Shown here one piece after another: positions 1 through 7,177 of a stretch of 64,000 bases of DNA. The notes below the pieces were generated by a model that saw only the letters and a list, made by a program, of their open reading frames with translations, did no database searches and had not been told where the DNA came from. The DNA comes from an uncultured virus (IMG/VR IMGVR_UViG_3300021602_000281) (taxonomy: Duplodnaviria; Heunggongvirae; Uroviricota; Caudoviricetes), in IMG/VR virus record IMGVR_UViG_3300021602_000281, one strand, 5' to 3'. Positions within the stretch are counted from its first letter, which is position 1, and every line of letters begins with the position of its first letter. The translations under genes were made by a program, and so were the position numbers.

Positions 1-24
1 GTTTTTACTGTGCTACTAATTTAG

Positions 25-98
25 TGGAGCAGGTAGGGAGAATCGAACTCCACTCAGCGCAGCTTGGAAGGCTGGCGTCCCACCTCGGGCTTACCTGC
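25..98 (-). tRNA. tRNA-Gly(UCC), atypical
   Basis: Acceptor stem GCAGGTA/TACCTGC, anticodon loop CTTCCAA, T-loop TTCGATT and encoded CCA. A at position 8, short D arm, mismatch at the base of the T stem. Confidence 0.85.
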
Positions 99-115
99 AT
101 TAAACTATGTCACAA

Positions 116-228
116 CGTTATACAGCTACACACTTGCAGGAATCGAACTCTGCCAACTCAGCCACAAGGGCCAAGCTATCAACCATTATATCTGCGTGGC
201 CTACGCATTGGTGTGTATGTGTATAACG
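116..228 (-). ncRNA. tRNA-like structured RNA with long closed terminal stem
   Basis: Terminal helix CGTTATACA..TACACAC / GTGTGTA..TGTATAACG, T-arm GCAGAG-TTCGATT-CCTGC and two further hairpins. No CCA end and no canonical anticodon loop. Confidence 0.55.
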
Positions 229-265
229 CCGTATTGTTAAAGATCGTTTATTAACTCAAGCCACT

Positions 266-294
266 ATTATATAGCCATTTGAATTATTCGTCTA
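266..294 (-). promoter_or_regulatory. sigma70-like promoter for the tRNA-like RNA and tRNA-Gly
   Basis: TAGACG-17 nt-TATAAT on the minus strand. Confidence 0.55.
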
Positions 295-327
295 CTACTA
301 CGATCTCTTAATAATCAATGACTTACG

Positions 328-402
328 TGGTGGTAACGGCTGGACTCGAACCAGCACCTTGCTCCGTATGAAGGAGGTGCACGACCGTTATGCTACGTTA
401 CC
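328..402 (-). tRNA. tRNA-Met(CAU), elongator-like
   Basis: GGTAACG/CGTTACC acceptor, loop TTCATAC, TTCGAGT T-loop, CCA. Confidence 0.85.
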
Positions 403-406
403 GTGT

Positions 407-484
407 TGGAAGTGCGGGTCGGATTTGAACCGACGGTTTTTCGGATTTGCAATCCGATGCAATGGGCCACTCTGCCACCGCACT
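407..484 (-). tRNA. tRNA-Cys(GCA)
   Basis: Cloverleaf, anticodon arm TCGGA-TTGCAAA-TCCGA, U discriminator, CCA. Confidence 0.92.
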
Positions 485-490
485 ATAATA

Positions 491-564
491 TGGCACACCT
501 CCAGGGACTCGAACCCCGACGAACAGTTTTGGAGACTGTCATGCTGCCATTACATTAGAGATGC
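491..564 (-). tRNA. tRNA-Trp(CCA)
   Basis: Anticodon arm ACAGT-CTCCAAA-ACTGT, G discriminator, CCA. Confidence 0.92.
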
Positions 565-569
565 ATAAC

Positions 570-645
570 TGGTAGGACTTGCCAGGTTCGAACTGACGAC
601 ATTCTGCGTGTAAGGCAGACGCTCTACCAACTGAGCTAAAGTCCT
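570..645 (-). tRNA. tRNA-Val(UAC)
   Basis: Anticodon arm TCTGC-CTTACAC-GCAGA, canonical D and T arms, CCA. Confidence 0.95.
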
Positions 646-689
646 GAATTTTACTGCACTATGCTGGATGCCGGTTACTAAATATATGT

Positions 690-1469
690 ATGCTAAAACC
701 ACACATAGAAATTATCGATGGATCTATTCCGCTTGACTTGCGTACACAAGTTTGGGATTATTTAGGCGACCAAACCTGGGCTGTCCTGCATAATAAAACT
801 ATAAAGAAAGAAGGTAATATTTCTTTCTTTGTCCCAAACAAAGATGGATGGGACTACTGCGAAACTAACGCAATTATCAACAAATACGGATGTTCTACCC
901 CACGTGCATTATTAGCAGTAGATGAACACTATTTAAAAGCCAAACATAAGATAATCCATGCGCTGTGGGAAAGAATTAATCTAACCCTGGGCAATAAGTA
1001 CGAAATAACCGGAGCCCCCGAGGGTAGCTTAGTTGACGACACCCTAGAATGGGAGCCAAAAACAGCGGTTCCGGGTTTAAAAGCAGGCTGGCGTGTATAT
1101 ACCAACGGCAGGCCAAACGAATCTGTGTATCGTGCATACGGCATACACAAAGATAATATTAATGTCGACGAAGAAGGCACGTTCAATATTTTATATTGTG
1201 CCAATCTAGAATGGTATCCAACTTGGCTTGGCGAATGTGTATTTTATCCCAATGATGCTGATACCGGAGACACACAACAATTTCAAAAAGAATCTAGAAA
1301 CCAAAGTAGAGACTTTCCAGTTGGTTGGCCTAGTGAAATTGTTGGTAGTGTGCCCGGCCGTCTTATTGTATACGATTCACGTGTATTACATAATACACGG
1401 GCATCTTCGTCTGTATCGAAAGGTATGCGAGTAACGATTGCATTTAGATCGCGCCTTAAAAAACAGTAA
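690..1469 (+). CDS. 2OG-Fe(II) oxygenase (prolyl 4-hydroxylase-like)
   Basis: HxD (IHKD), distal His (VLHNT) and terminal RxTIAFR. TAAATA lies 5 nt before the ATG. Confidence 0.8.
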   Translation: MLKPHIEIIDGSIPLDLRTQVWDYLGDQTWAVLHNKTIKKEGNISFFVPNKDGWDYCETNAIINKYGCSTPRALLAVDEHYLKAKHKIIHALWERINLTLGNKYEITGAPEGSLVDDTLEWEPKTAVPGLKAGWRVYTNGRPNESVYRAYGIHKDNINVDEEGTFNILYCANLEWYPTWLGECVFYPNDADTGDTQQFQKESRNQSRDFPVGWPSEIVGSVPGRLIVYDSRVLHNTRASSSVSKGMRVTIAFRSRLKKQ

Positions 1470-1472
1470 TTC

Positions 1473-1548
1473 TGGTGGAGGTGGACGGGATCGAACCGAC
1501 GACATTATGCTTGCAAAGCATACGCTCTCCCAACTGAGCTACACCCCC
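1473..1548 (-). tRNA. tRNA-Ala(UGC)
   Basis: G3:U70 pair, loop TTTGCAA, CCA. Confidence 0.95.
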
Positions 1549-1994
1549 AAATTGCTTAATATATAGTCCGGATTTACTTCGCTGTAAATCTTTTCTTTTG
1601 TATCCGGGCCTATCTTTATCTTTACAAACGGTTGTTGATAATATTGCTCAACAACCATGTTATTTAATACACAGGCAAATTGCCAATATTCTCTTAAAAA
1701 ATTAGAGTTGCCTTTTTTATCCAGTAGACATTTAAAGGATTCTAAATTATCTTCATCGGACAATTGTATAAACTTTATCTTGTTTGATAACTTTGGTGCT
1801 AAAATGTCAAACAGGATAAAATTACAAAACGACACACAATATACATCATCAATACCAGCCGACACAAATTTATCATGCAAGGTAGTAATATGTCTAATGT
1901 GTGTTACTGTTGGATAACTTTGTATTCGGTTTATACCAAATATAACTATCCGTTTATTAGATAGAGAATCAGATTCTAGAAAAAGGTCTTTCAT
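1539..1994 (-). CDS. Redoxin/PRX5-like protein lacking the peroxidatic Cys
   Basis: KRIVIF...PTVTH...GIDDVYCVS pattern resembles Prx5 (KKVVLF..PTCS..H..GIDEIACVSVND). Confidence 0.55.
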   Translation of the reverse strand: MKDLFLESDSLSNKRIVIFGINRIQSYPTVTHIRHITTLHDKFVSAGIDDVYCVSFCNFILFDILAPKLSNKIKFIQLSDEDNLESFKCLLDKKGNSNFLREYWQFACVLNNMVVEQYYQQPFVKIKIGPDTKEKIYSEVNPDYILSNLGV

Positions 1995-2033
1995 AGAATC
2001 TGATTATAAACTAAAAACAAATTAAAAGCAATA

Positions 2034-2984
2034 CTAGCCAAGTCGAATATTATTGATTAAACCTGGTAAGAATACCGAATCATACTTTGCATACAATGGT
2101 TCAGTTAATGCTTCAAACTTGGCCATTTCTTCTGCACTTAGTTCTTTATAATAAACACCAGTTTCGGCTGGATCTTGAGTAGACAATCTCTCGCTATCCT
2201 CAACAGACCATTTACGCTCTAATCGAGCGGCATTAGTTGCTGCCTTGGCTAACTTATCTTTTAACTCATCATCTAAACTGTTCCAAAACTTCTCACTAAC
2301 AATAATGCTAGTTAAAAACAAACTATGTTTTGTATCAGTAACATAACGCTTATTAGTTAAGTTAACAGTTGATAGCAAACGTGGTACTGTTGTATCAACA
2401 GCATCATGGTTATCACCTTCTGTGTGTACAGATGTCCAATAATCTTCAATTGCATGAGCGTCTGGGCAACCACCAATGGCTTCAATTGTATCAATACCAA
2501 TTGGGTTTGTACCAGTATAGAAACTTAGGTTTTTAAAGTCTGCTAAAGTTTCAATTTCTTTGTCGCTTGCAATAATACGGAAGCCGCCGCTGTATGTAAA
2601 TGCTAAACCACGAGCTGGTGATTTTTCTTTTAACTCATCTAACATACTTTGACCAATCTTACCTTCTAATACACGGGTAGCATGATCATGATCTTTAAAT
2701 AGGAAAGGTAGTTCAAGCGCCATAAATGACGGCACATTCCATTTCCATAGCTGGCTAATATGCAATTGGCTCATTTCAAGCTCGCCGCGATCCATATAAA
2801 CCATTGGGTTTTCTTTGTGGCCTTGATTGAACTTTTCAGCGTATTGCGTTGCTGTGTATATTTCAATGTCTATTGCACCATCTGTAGCAGTCTTTACTTC
2901 AGCGGCAAATGCTTGTGCTGTACGTAAAAATAACTCTACTGGGGAGTGGGCAATTAGCCACTTGATCTTTTTAACTTCTTTCAT
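2034..2984 (-). CDS. dctP: TRAP transporter substrate-binding protein DctP-like (no signal peptide)
   Basis: G.IDIEIY, ALELPFLFKD.DH, SGGFR, T.HS....IIVSEKFWNSL motifs. AGGAG Shine-Dalgarno. Confidence 0.85.
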   Translation of the reverse strand: MKEVKKIKWLIAHSPVELFLRTAQAFAAEVKTATDGAIDIEIYTATQYAEKFNQGHKENPMVYMDRGELEMSQLHISQLWKWNVPSFMALELPFLFKDHDHATRVLEGKIGQSMLDELKEKSPARGLAFTYSGGFRIIASDKEIETLADFKNLSFYTGTNPIGIDTIEAIGGCPDAHAIEDYWTSVHTEGDNHDAVDTTVPRLLSTVNLTNKRYVTDTKHSLFLTSIIVSEKFWNSLDDELKDKLAKAATNAARLERKWSVEDSERLSTQDPAETGVYYKELSAEEMAKFEALTEPLYAKYDSVFLPGLINNIRLG

Positions 2985-3074
2985 GTGGGAATTCTCCTGG
3001 GATTTTAAATATTTAGTATAGGAATACTATACATGTATTTATGTGCGGCCCAGCAAAACTTCAAACATTAAAAT

Positions 3075-3159
3075 TGGTGGAGGAAGATGGATTCGAACCA
3101 ACTAGCCCTAGAGAACAGATTTACAGTCTGCCGCGCCCCGCCGTCTGCGCCGTTCCTCC
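3075..3159 (-). tRNA. tRNA-Tyr(GUA)
   Basis: GCAGA-CTGTAAA-TCTGT, long variable arm, CCA. C at position 8. Confidence 0.92.
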
Positions 3160-3162
3160 GTT

Positions 3163-3259
3163 GTATTCTAAAACATACTAGTGTCGCGGTGATTCCGTGC
3201 TCTGCCCCACAAGGTTTTCATGACCTTTGGACGCTCTCATCTGATATGCTTTAGAATAC
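3163..3259 (-). ncRNA. Candidate structured ncRNA with 15-bp terminal stem
   Basis: GTATTCTAAAGCATA pairs with TATGTTTTAGAATAC. Internal hairpin AAGGT-CATGAAA-ACCTT. Confidence 0.5.
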
Positions 3260-3405
3260 CCTGTATTGCTACAGGATATGATAGGGATAATACCCTACCC
3301 AGGAGTCTTACTAGTGTGTTAACGCCACACTTTCATGTATCCTGTCCGCCCGTTTGCCAGATGTTTATAGTGCCTAGCGAGGACCTCGTTTCCTCTTATA
3401 ACACT
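3260..3405 (-). ncRNA. Candidate multi-stem structured ncRNA
   Basis: ACAGGATA(CA)TGA/TCATATCCTGT helix enclosing the hairpins AGTGTG..CACACT and TAGGG..CCCTA. Also CCTGTA-GCAA-TACAGG GNRA hairpin. Confidence 0.5.
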
Positions 3406-3427
3406 TACTGCACGGTGCAGCTTAACA

Positions 3428-3577
3428 TTACTTCAATTTCTTAGCAACCTCTTTCTTCAATGCTAGAACGTATGCTTCTGCCCGCTGTACTTTACTTTCT
3501 AACAAAGCAACTCTCTGCTCTGCCGACAACACATATTTGTTATCAGTAGCTCTTTGTACTTTTTTCTTGTCTAGCAT
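3428..3577 (-). CDS. Small basic helical protein, 49 aa (not in ORF track)
   Basis: MLDKKKVQRATDNKYVLSAEQRVALLESKVQRAEAYVLALKKEVAKKLK, with a strong AAGGAG Shine-Dalgarno upstream. Confidence 0.7.
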   Translation of the reverse strand: MLDKKKVQRATDNKYVLSAEQRVALLESKVQRAEAYVLALKKEVAKKLK

Positions 3578-3590
3578 TCTATTCTCCTTA

Positions 3591-3626
3591 AAACAAAAAA
3601 CCCTAGGGTTTTTAGTCCTAGGGTTC
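3591..3626 (-). terminator. Intrinsic terminator (attenuator)
   Basis: AACCCTAGG-9 nt loop-CCTAGGGTT followed by TTTTGTTTT on the minus strand. Confidence 0.85.
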
Positions 3627-3649
3627 TTAAAGTTTGCTGGATAATTTAC

Positions 3650-3811
3650 TTAATCATCCCATCCTTCTCGAACCCTACTTCTAATCTCTACTGTACTACG
3701 ACCTAAACTATTCATATTAAACGCTGGTAGGAATCCACAGTTTGACCAATAGGCTAGGGAGCCCGGTGTTAGCTGTGTATGTTGTATTGAGTGTTTAATA
3801 ATCTGTTTCAT
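3650..3811 (-). CDS. Putative attenuator leader peptide, 53 aa (not in ORF track)
   Basis: MKQIIKHSIQHTQLTPGSLAYWSNCGFLPAFNMNSLGRSTVEIRSRVREGWDD, lying between a sigma70 promoter and a terminator. Its 3' codons are complementary to the terminator 5' strand. Confidence 0.7.
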   Translation of the reverse strand: MKQIIKHSIQHTQLTPGSLAYWSNCGFLPAFNMNSLGRSTVEIRSRVREGWDD

Positions 3812-3820
3812 AATTTATCT

Positions 3821-3849
3821 ATTGTACGTTATTTACCTTTTACTGTCAA
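3821..3849 (-). promoter_or_regulatory. sigma70 promoter of leader/tRNA array
   Basis: TTGACA-17 nt-TACAAT. The spacer also contains TAAATA. Confidence 0.8.
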
Positions 3850-3856
3850 CCTTGAT

Positions 3857-4825
3857 TTAACTTAATCTGATTCTTTTGATTAAATCACCGTATTCAGCAC
3901 CAAATCCCAAGTAAGTATAACGTGCTTTGTGTTTCATGTCAACCTCATCGTCGGCACTTAGTGGAGTAATGGTAATACCATTTGATACTGCATCTGCTTC
4001 AAATTTATCTGCATCTGCAATTGCCCACTCGCGTTCAATTCGTGCTGTAATTTTAGCACATTCTTCAAATGCTGTCTGTTCTTCTTTGGATAATGTTGCC
4101 CAAAATTTCTGTCCAGTTAAAATTGTTGTAATAAACATACTGTGGTTTGTCTTAAGGATATGGTTAACCTTGGAACGTAGGTATGTTGTTTCAACACAAT
4201 CAGCTGATCCATCTGTTGGGATCGTATCCCAACCACCCCATAACAATGGGTTAACGGAAATAGTTTCTGCACCAAAGGCTTCCAGTGTTTCTGTACGTGG
4301 TGTTTTATTACCAACTACAATAACACGCTTGTCTTGTAAATCGCCTAGGCTGGCAATAGCATGATTGCTACCAACAACGCGATAGCCACCGCTGTATGTA
4401 AATGCCAATCCCTTAACACTTGTATTTTTTTCTAAATTGGCACACATTTCAGCACCAATCGGGCCTTCAACAACACGTTTAACATGATCATGATTATCAA
4501 ACATAAACGGCAAGTCTAAGGTATAAAATGCACGATCCTTTGCACCAATCATGATAACTTGAGTTTGGCTCAAATGGATATCGTCGTCTAGCGCATCAAA
4601 CAATGCATCTACAGCCGCATCAACATTTTCTAGATCATCATCAAGAATAGTTGCTAATTCTTTTGCACCTTTATATTGTGCCACGTATTCCGGGGCAGTA
4701 ATGATTTCTAGATCAAAGTGGCCTGGCAGACGTTTATTCAGCTCTTGCTTAAACGCTTCTGCTGTACGTACAAATAGTTCTACTGGCTGATGTGCGATTA
4801 GCCAACGGATTTTTCTTGGTGTCAT
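3857..4825 (-). CDS. dctP: Second DctP-like substrate-binding protein (no signal peptide)
   Basis: Paralog of 2034..2984 (WLIAH.PVELF.RTA.AF, LDLPFMF, GLAFTYSGGYR, ARIEREW). Shares the upstream TCCCAGGAGAATT. Confidence 0.85.
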   Translation of the reverse strand: MTPRKIRWLIAHQPVELFVRTAEAFKQELNKRLPGHFDLEIITAPEYVAQYKGAKELATILDDDLENVDAAVDALFDALDDDIHLSQTQVIMIGAKDRAFYTLDLPFMFDNHDHVKRVVEGPIGAEMCANLEKNTSVKGLAFTYSGGYRVVGSNHAIASLGDLQDKRVIVVGNKTPRTETLEAFGAETISVNPLLWGGWDTIPTDGSADCVETTYLRSKVNHILKTNHSMFITTILTGQKFWATLSKEEQTAFEECAKITARIEREWAIADADKFEADAVSNGITITPLSADDEVDMKHKARYTYLGFGAEYGDLIKRIRLS

Positions 4826-4903
4826 TCTGAAATTCTCCTGGGAATTGTGTAATATTATGTATTTATTTAGCTATTTGATAGCGTGGCATTGATACTAGTA
4901 ATA

Positions 4904-6061
4904 TTATTTATCTACTACATTACCCAAACAGTAAAATGGGCTAAGGAATCCAATGAACCCAACTGGTTTGCCAAATTCCATATTAAAGTACTTGGTGTCA
5001 ACACTATTAGCCAACAATGTTAACCCAGCTTGCCAATTTAGATAGGCTGTTGATCCTTTAAAATTAGTGTAGAACCAATGGTCCATTTCTGGATAGAAAT
5101 TATTGCTTGGTTTAGATACCTGGAATGTTGTTGGATCCCAATCGGGGTAAATTAACGGTCTAATTATATGCTCAAACGTAGTACGTTGTGCAACAGAATG
5201 ATTTGGCCAACGTATCAAATGATTTAGCATTTGTGTCTGGGGAGTGCTAAACCAATTTTTAACTAGATGTACTTGTTTATGCACTATTTCTGGAAAGTCC
5301 GGAGTCCAAAAAAAGTATTCATTGGTTAAATTTGTATACTCGTACATAACACGATTTGCGTGGTTTGCTTGAAAATCAATAAAGTATGTGTACCACTTCC
5401 CATCACGTATACATACTTTAGGTTTATCAACCCCGTATAATATACAAATACTCTTACCTGTGTCAGCTTGGCGTTTGTGGTCCACGTGACTTAAATTATC
5501 ATGTTTAAATGCATGGCTTGGCTGTAGGAAATCGTTTGCTCTAAATACCCACGTGTCATTTAATTCTGCTTTGATCATATCTTCACTAAAATCATGTATA
5601 GTAATTTTAGTAGAAGGACTAGTTTTGGCTATCCACGCTAAAGCCGGCTTTGTAGCAAACTCATATTCACTTAAGAAGTTTTCAGATTTACTATTATGCG
5701 GATCGTTTGTGATAATGTTCTTATCACCTTGCTCCGGATATCTAAATACCACTTCATCAAGGAATATATTGTTGAGTAAGAAACTAAAGAGAATTGTGTT
5801 TGAGTCTGACCCGCCACTAAACTCAAGTCGAATGTAATCGTAATGTTCTCTTAACTGTAATGCACGTAGGCGATATAGTTCTCTAATGTCTGTAGTAGGT
5901 TCTTCATCCCACTTTAAATTATTAAACACATCTGGATTAAAATTCCATTGTGGGAAATTATTTGTTTTTGTTGCATCCATTAACGCCGTTGGCTTGTTAA
6001 AGTGAACATTGTCACCTACTGTATAGTATCCTAATTTTTTATTATTTTCTAAGTTATACAT
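4904..6061 (-). CDS. PP-loop (adenine nucleotide alpha-hydrolase superfamily) protein
   Basis: IRLEFSGGSDS PP-loop motif, G.DKP motif. Confidence 0.65.
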   Translation of the reverse strand: MYNLENNKKLGYYTVGDNVHFNKPTALMDATKTNNFPQWNFNPDVFNNLKWDEEPTTDIRELYRLRALQLREHYDYIRLEFSGGSDSNTILFSFLLNNIFLDEVVFRYPEQGDKNIITNDPHNSKSENFLSEYEFATKPALAWIAKTSPSTKITIHDFSEDMIKAELNDTWVFRANDFLQPSHAFKHDNLSHVDHKRQADTGKSICILYGVDKPKVCIRDGKWYTYFIDFQANHANRVMYEYTNLTNEYFFWTPDFPEIVHKQVHLVKNWFSTPQTQMLNHLIRWPNHSVAQRTTFEHIIRPLIYPDWDPTTFQVSKPSNNFYPEMDHWFYTNFKGSTAYLNWQAGLTLLANSVDTKYFNMEFGKPVGFIGFLSPFYCLGNVVDK

Positions 6062-6070
6062 TTATCAAAT

Positions 6071-6158
6071 TGGTGCCTCGGGCCGGACTTGAACCGGCAT
6101 AACCATTACAGTTGAGGGATTTTAAGTCCCTTGTGTATACCAATTTCACCACCGAGGC
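6071..6158 (-). tRNA. tRNA-Leu(UAA)
   Basis: AGGGA-CTTAAAA-TCCCT, long variable arm, CCA. Confidence 0.95.
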
Positions 6159-6191
6159 GTATTCTTTATCAATTACTCCAAACAATTATTC

Positions 6192-6266
6192 TGGTGGGCC
6201 AACTAGGAATTGAACCTAGACTCAATCGATTATGAGTCGAACGCTTTACCATTAAGCTATTGGCCC
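6192..6266 (-). tRNA. tRNA-Ile2(CAU, lysidine type)
   Basis: CGA-CTCATAA-TCG anticodon arm and GGGCC acceptor, as in ileX-type tRNAs. CCA end. Confidence 0.8.
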
Positions 6267-6274
6267 ATGCGTGT

Positions 6275-6303
6275 ATTATATACTACTGTGATTTATGTGT
6301 CAA
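6275..6303 (-). promoter_or_regulatory. sigma70 promoter for tRNA-Ile2/Leu
   Basis: TTGACA-17 nt-TATAAT, perfect consensus. Confidence 0.85.
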
Positions 6304-7169
6304 ACAATTCTTGCATCGGTGCAAGTTCTACATAGGCTTTCGTTGCTGAAGCATGGCCGAGCATTTTCTACCAAGATCTTGATCATTTCCGGACCAGTGA
6401 ATAATTCTTCATACGAATTTTCAAGTAGATTTCCGATTACGTGCTTGTTTGCATAGTCCATACAACATAACGCAACATCACCATTGGGCAACATCACATT
6501 TTGGTTGAACGCTTCTGTTTTGCTACAAGTAATTGGTTTTGAATGTTGTGGACCAAACTTAATGGGTTGATCCTTTACTTGTTTTGCTATTTGCTCATTG
6601 GGTAAGCTACCAGCACGATCATGCGCGGCGATGGACCAACTGTGACTTACTCCCATTCCCGGTAGATCACGTATGGCAGGATGCACTCCGTGGTCACTCA
6701 TGGTCATTGCTTCGTAATGTATACCAGCGGCTCGTACTACTGCCTGCATACCAGCATAGGCATATTCCCATTCATCGCTAATTTTCCAACCACGCATATT
6801 GCCTGCGGCATCGGGAAAGTGTATTTTAAATATTTCAATTTGGGCAGCATGATTTATCAACAGCTCTCCCATACGGTGTACAGTTTCTTCATCCCAATTA
6901 TACAAGGTAGTGAAGATTGCCACTTTATGCCCACGAGTCAATGCAAACTCCAACATCTCTGTGCAGTCGGGATTAACCCAAGGTTCAGCCATGCCCGAAA
7001 AATCAAGGCGGCAATCTATGGGCAACTTGCTGATAGCAGTTTTAAAGGTATCAACCGTCATGTACTTTACATCATCGCCGTATGCAGTTTTAAGACTATC
7101 CTGCGGGCAATATGTACACATTAACGGACAACCAACCATGGTTGTAATTTCCATTGTAGCACGGGTCAT
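6300..7169 (-). CDS. Radical SAM protein with SPASM domain
   Basis: CPLMCTYC motif; C-terminal C..NGDVALCC.D...GN...CRTC. Confidence 0.9.
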   Translation of the reverse strand: MTRATMEITTMVGCPLMCTYCPQDSLKTAYGDDVKYMTVDTFKTAISKLPIDCRLDFSGMAEPWVNPDCTEMLEFALTRGHKVAIFTTLYNWDEETVHRMGELLINHAAQIEIFKIHFPDAAGNMRGWKISDEWEYAYAGMQAVVRAAGIHYEAMTMSDHGVHPAIRDLPGMGVSHSWSIAAHDRAGSLPNEQIAKQVKDQPIKFGPQHSKPITCSKTEAFNQNVMLPNGDVALCCMDYANKHVIGNLLENSYEELFTGPEMIKILVENARPCFSNESLCRTCTDARIV

Positions 7170-7177
7170 GCTATTAC

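Noticed and set aside
24..568. ORFs 24..254 and 359..568
   Set aside because: They lie antisense over tRNA genes and the tRNA-like RNA.
3200..3245. Hammerhead ribozyme (CAGATGAG...GAAA on minus strand)
   Set aside because: Core is not CUGANGA, and the stems do not flank the motifs as required.
3220..3444. Plus-strand 74-aa ORF
   Set aside because: No SD or promoter; it is antisense to the structured RNAs in a minus-strand unit.
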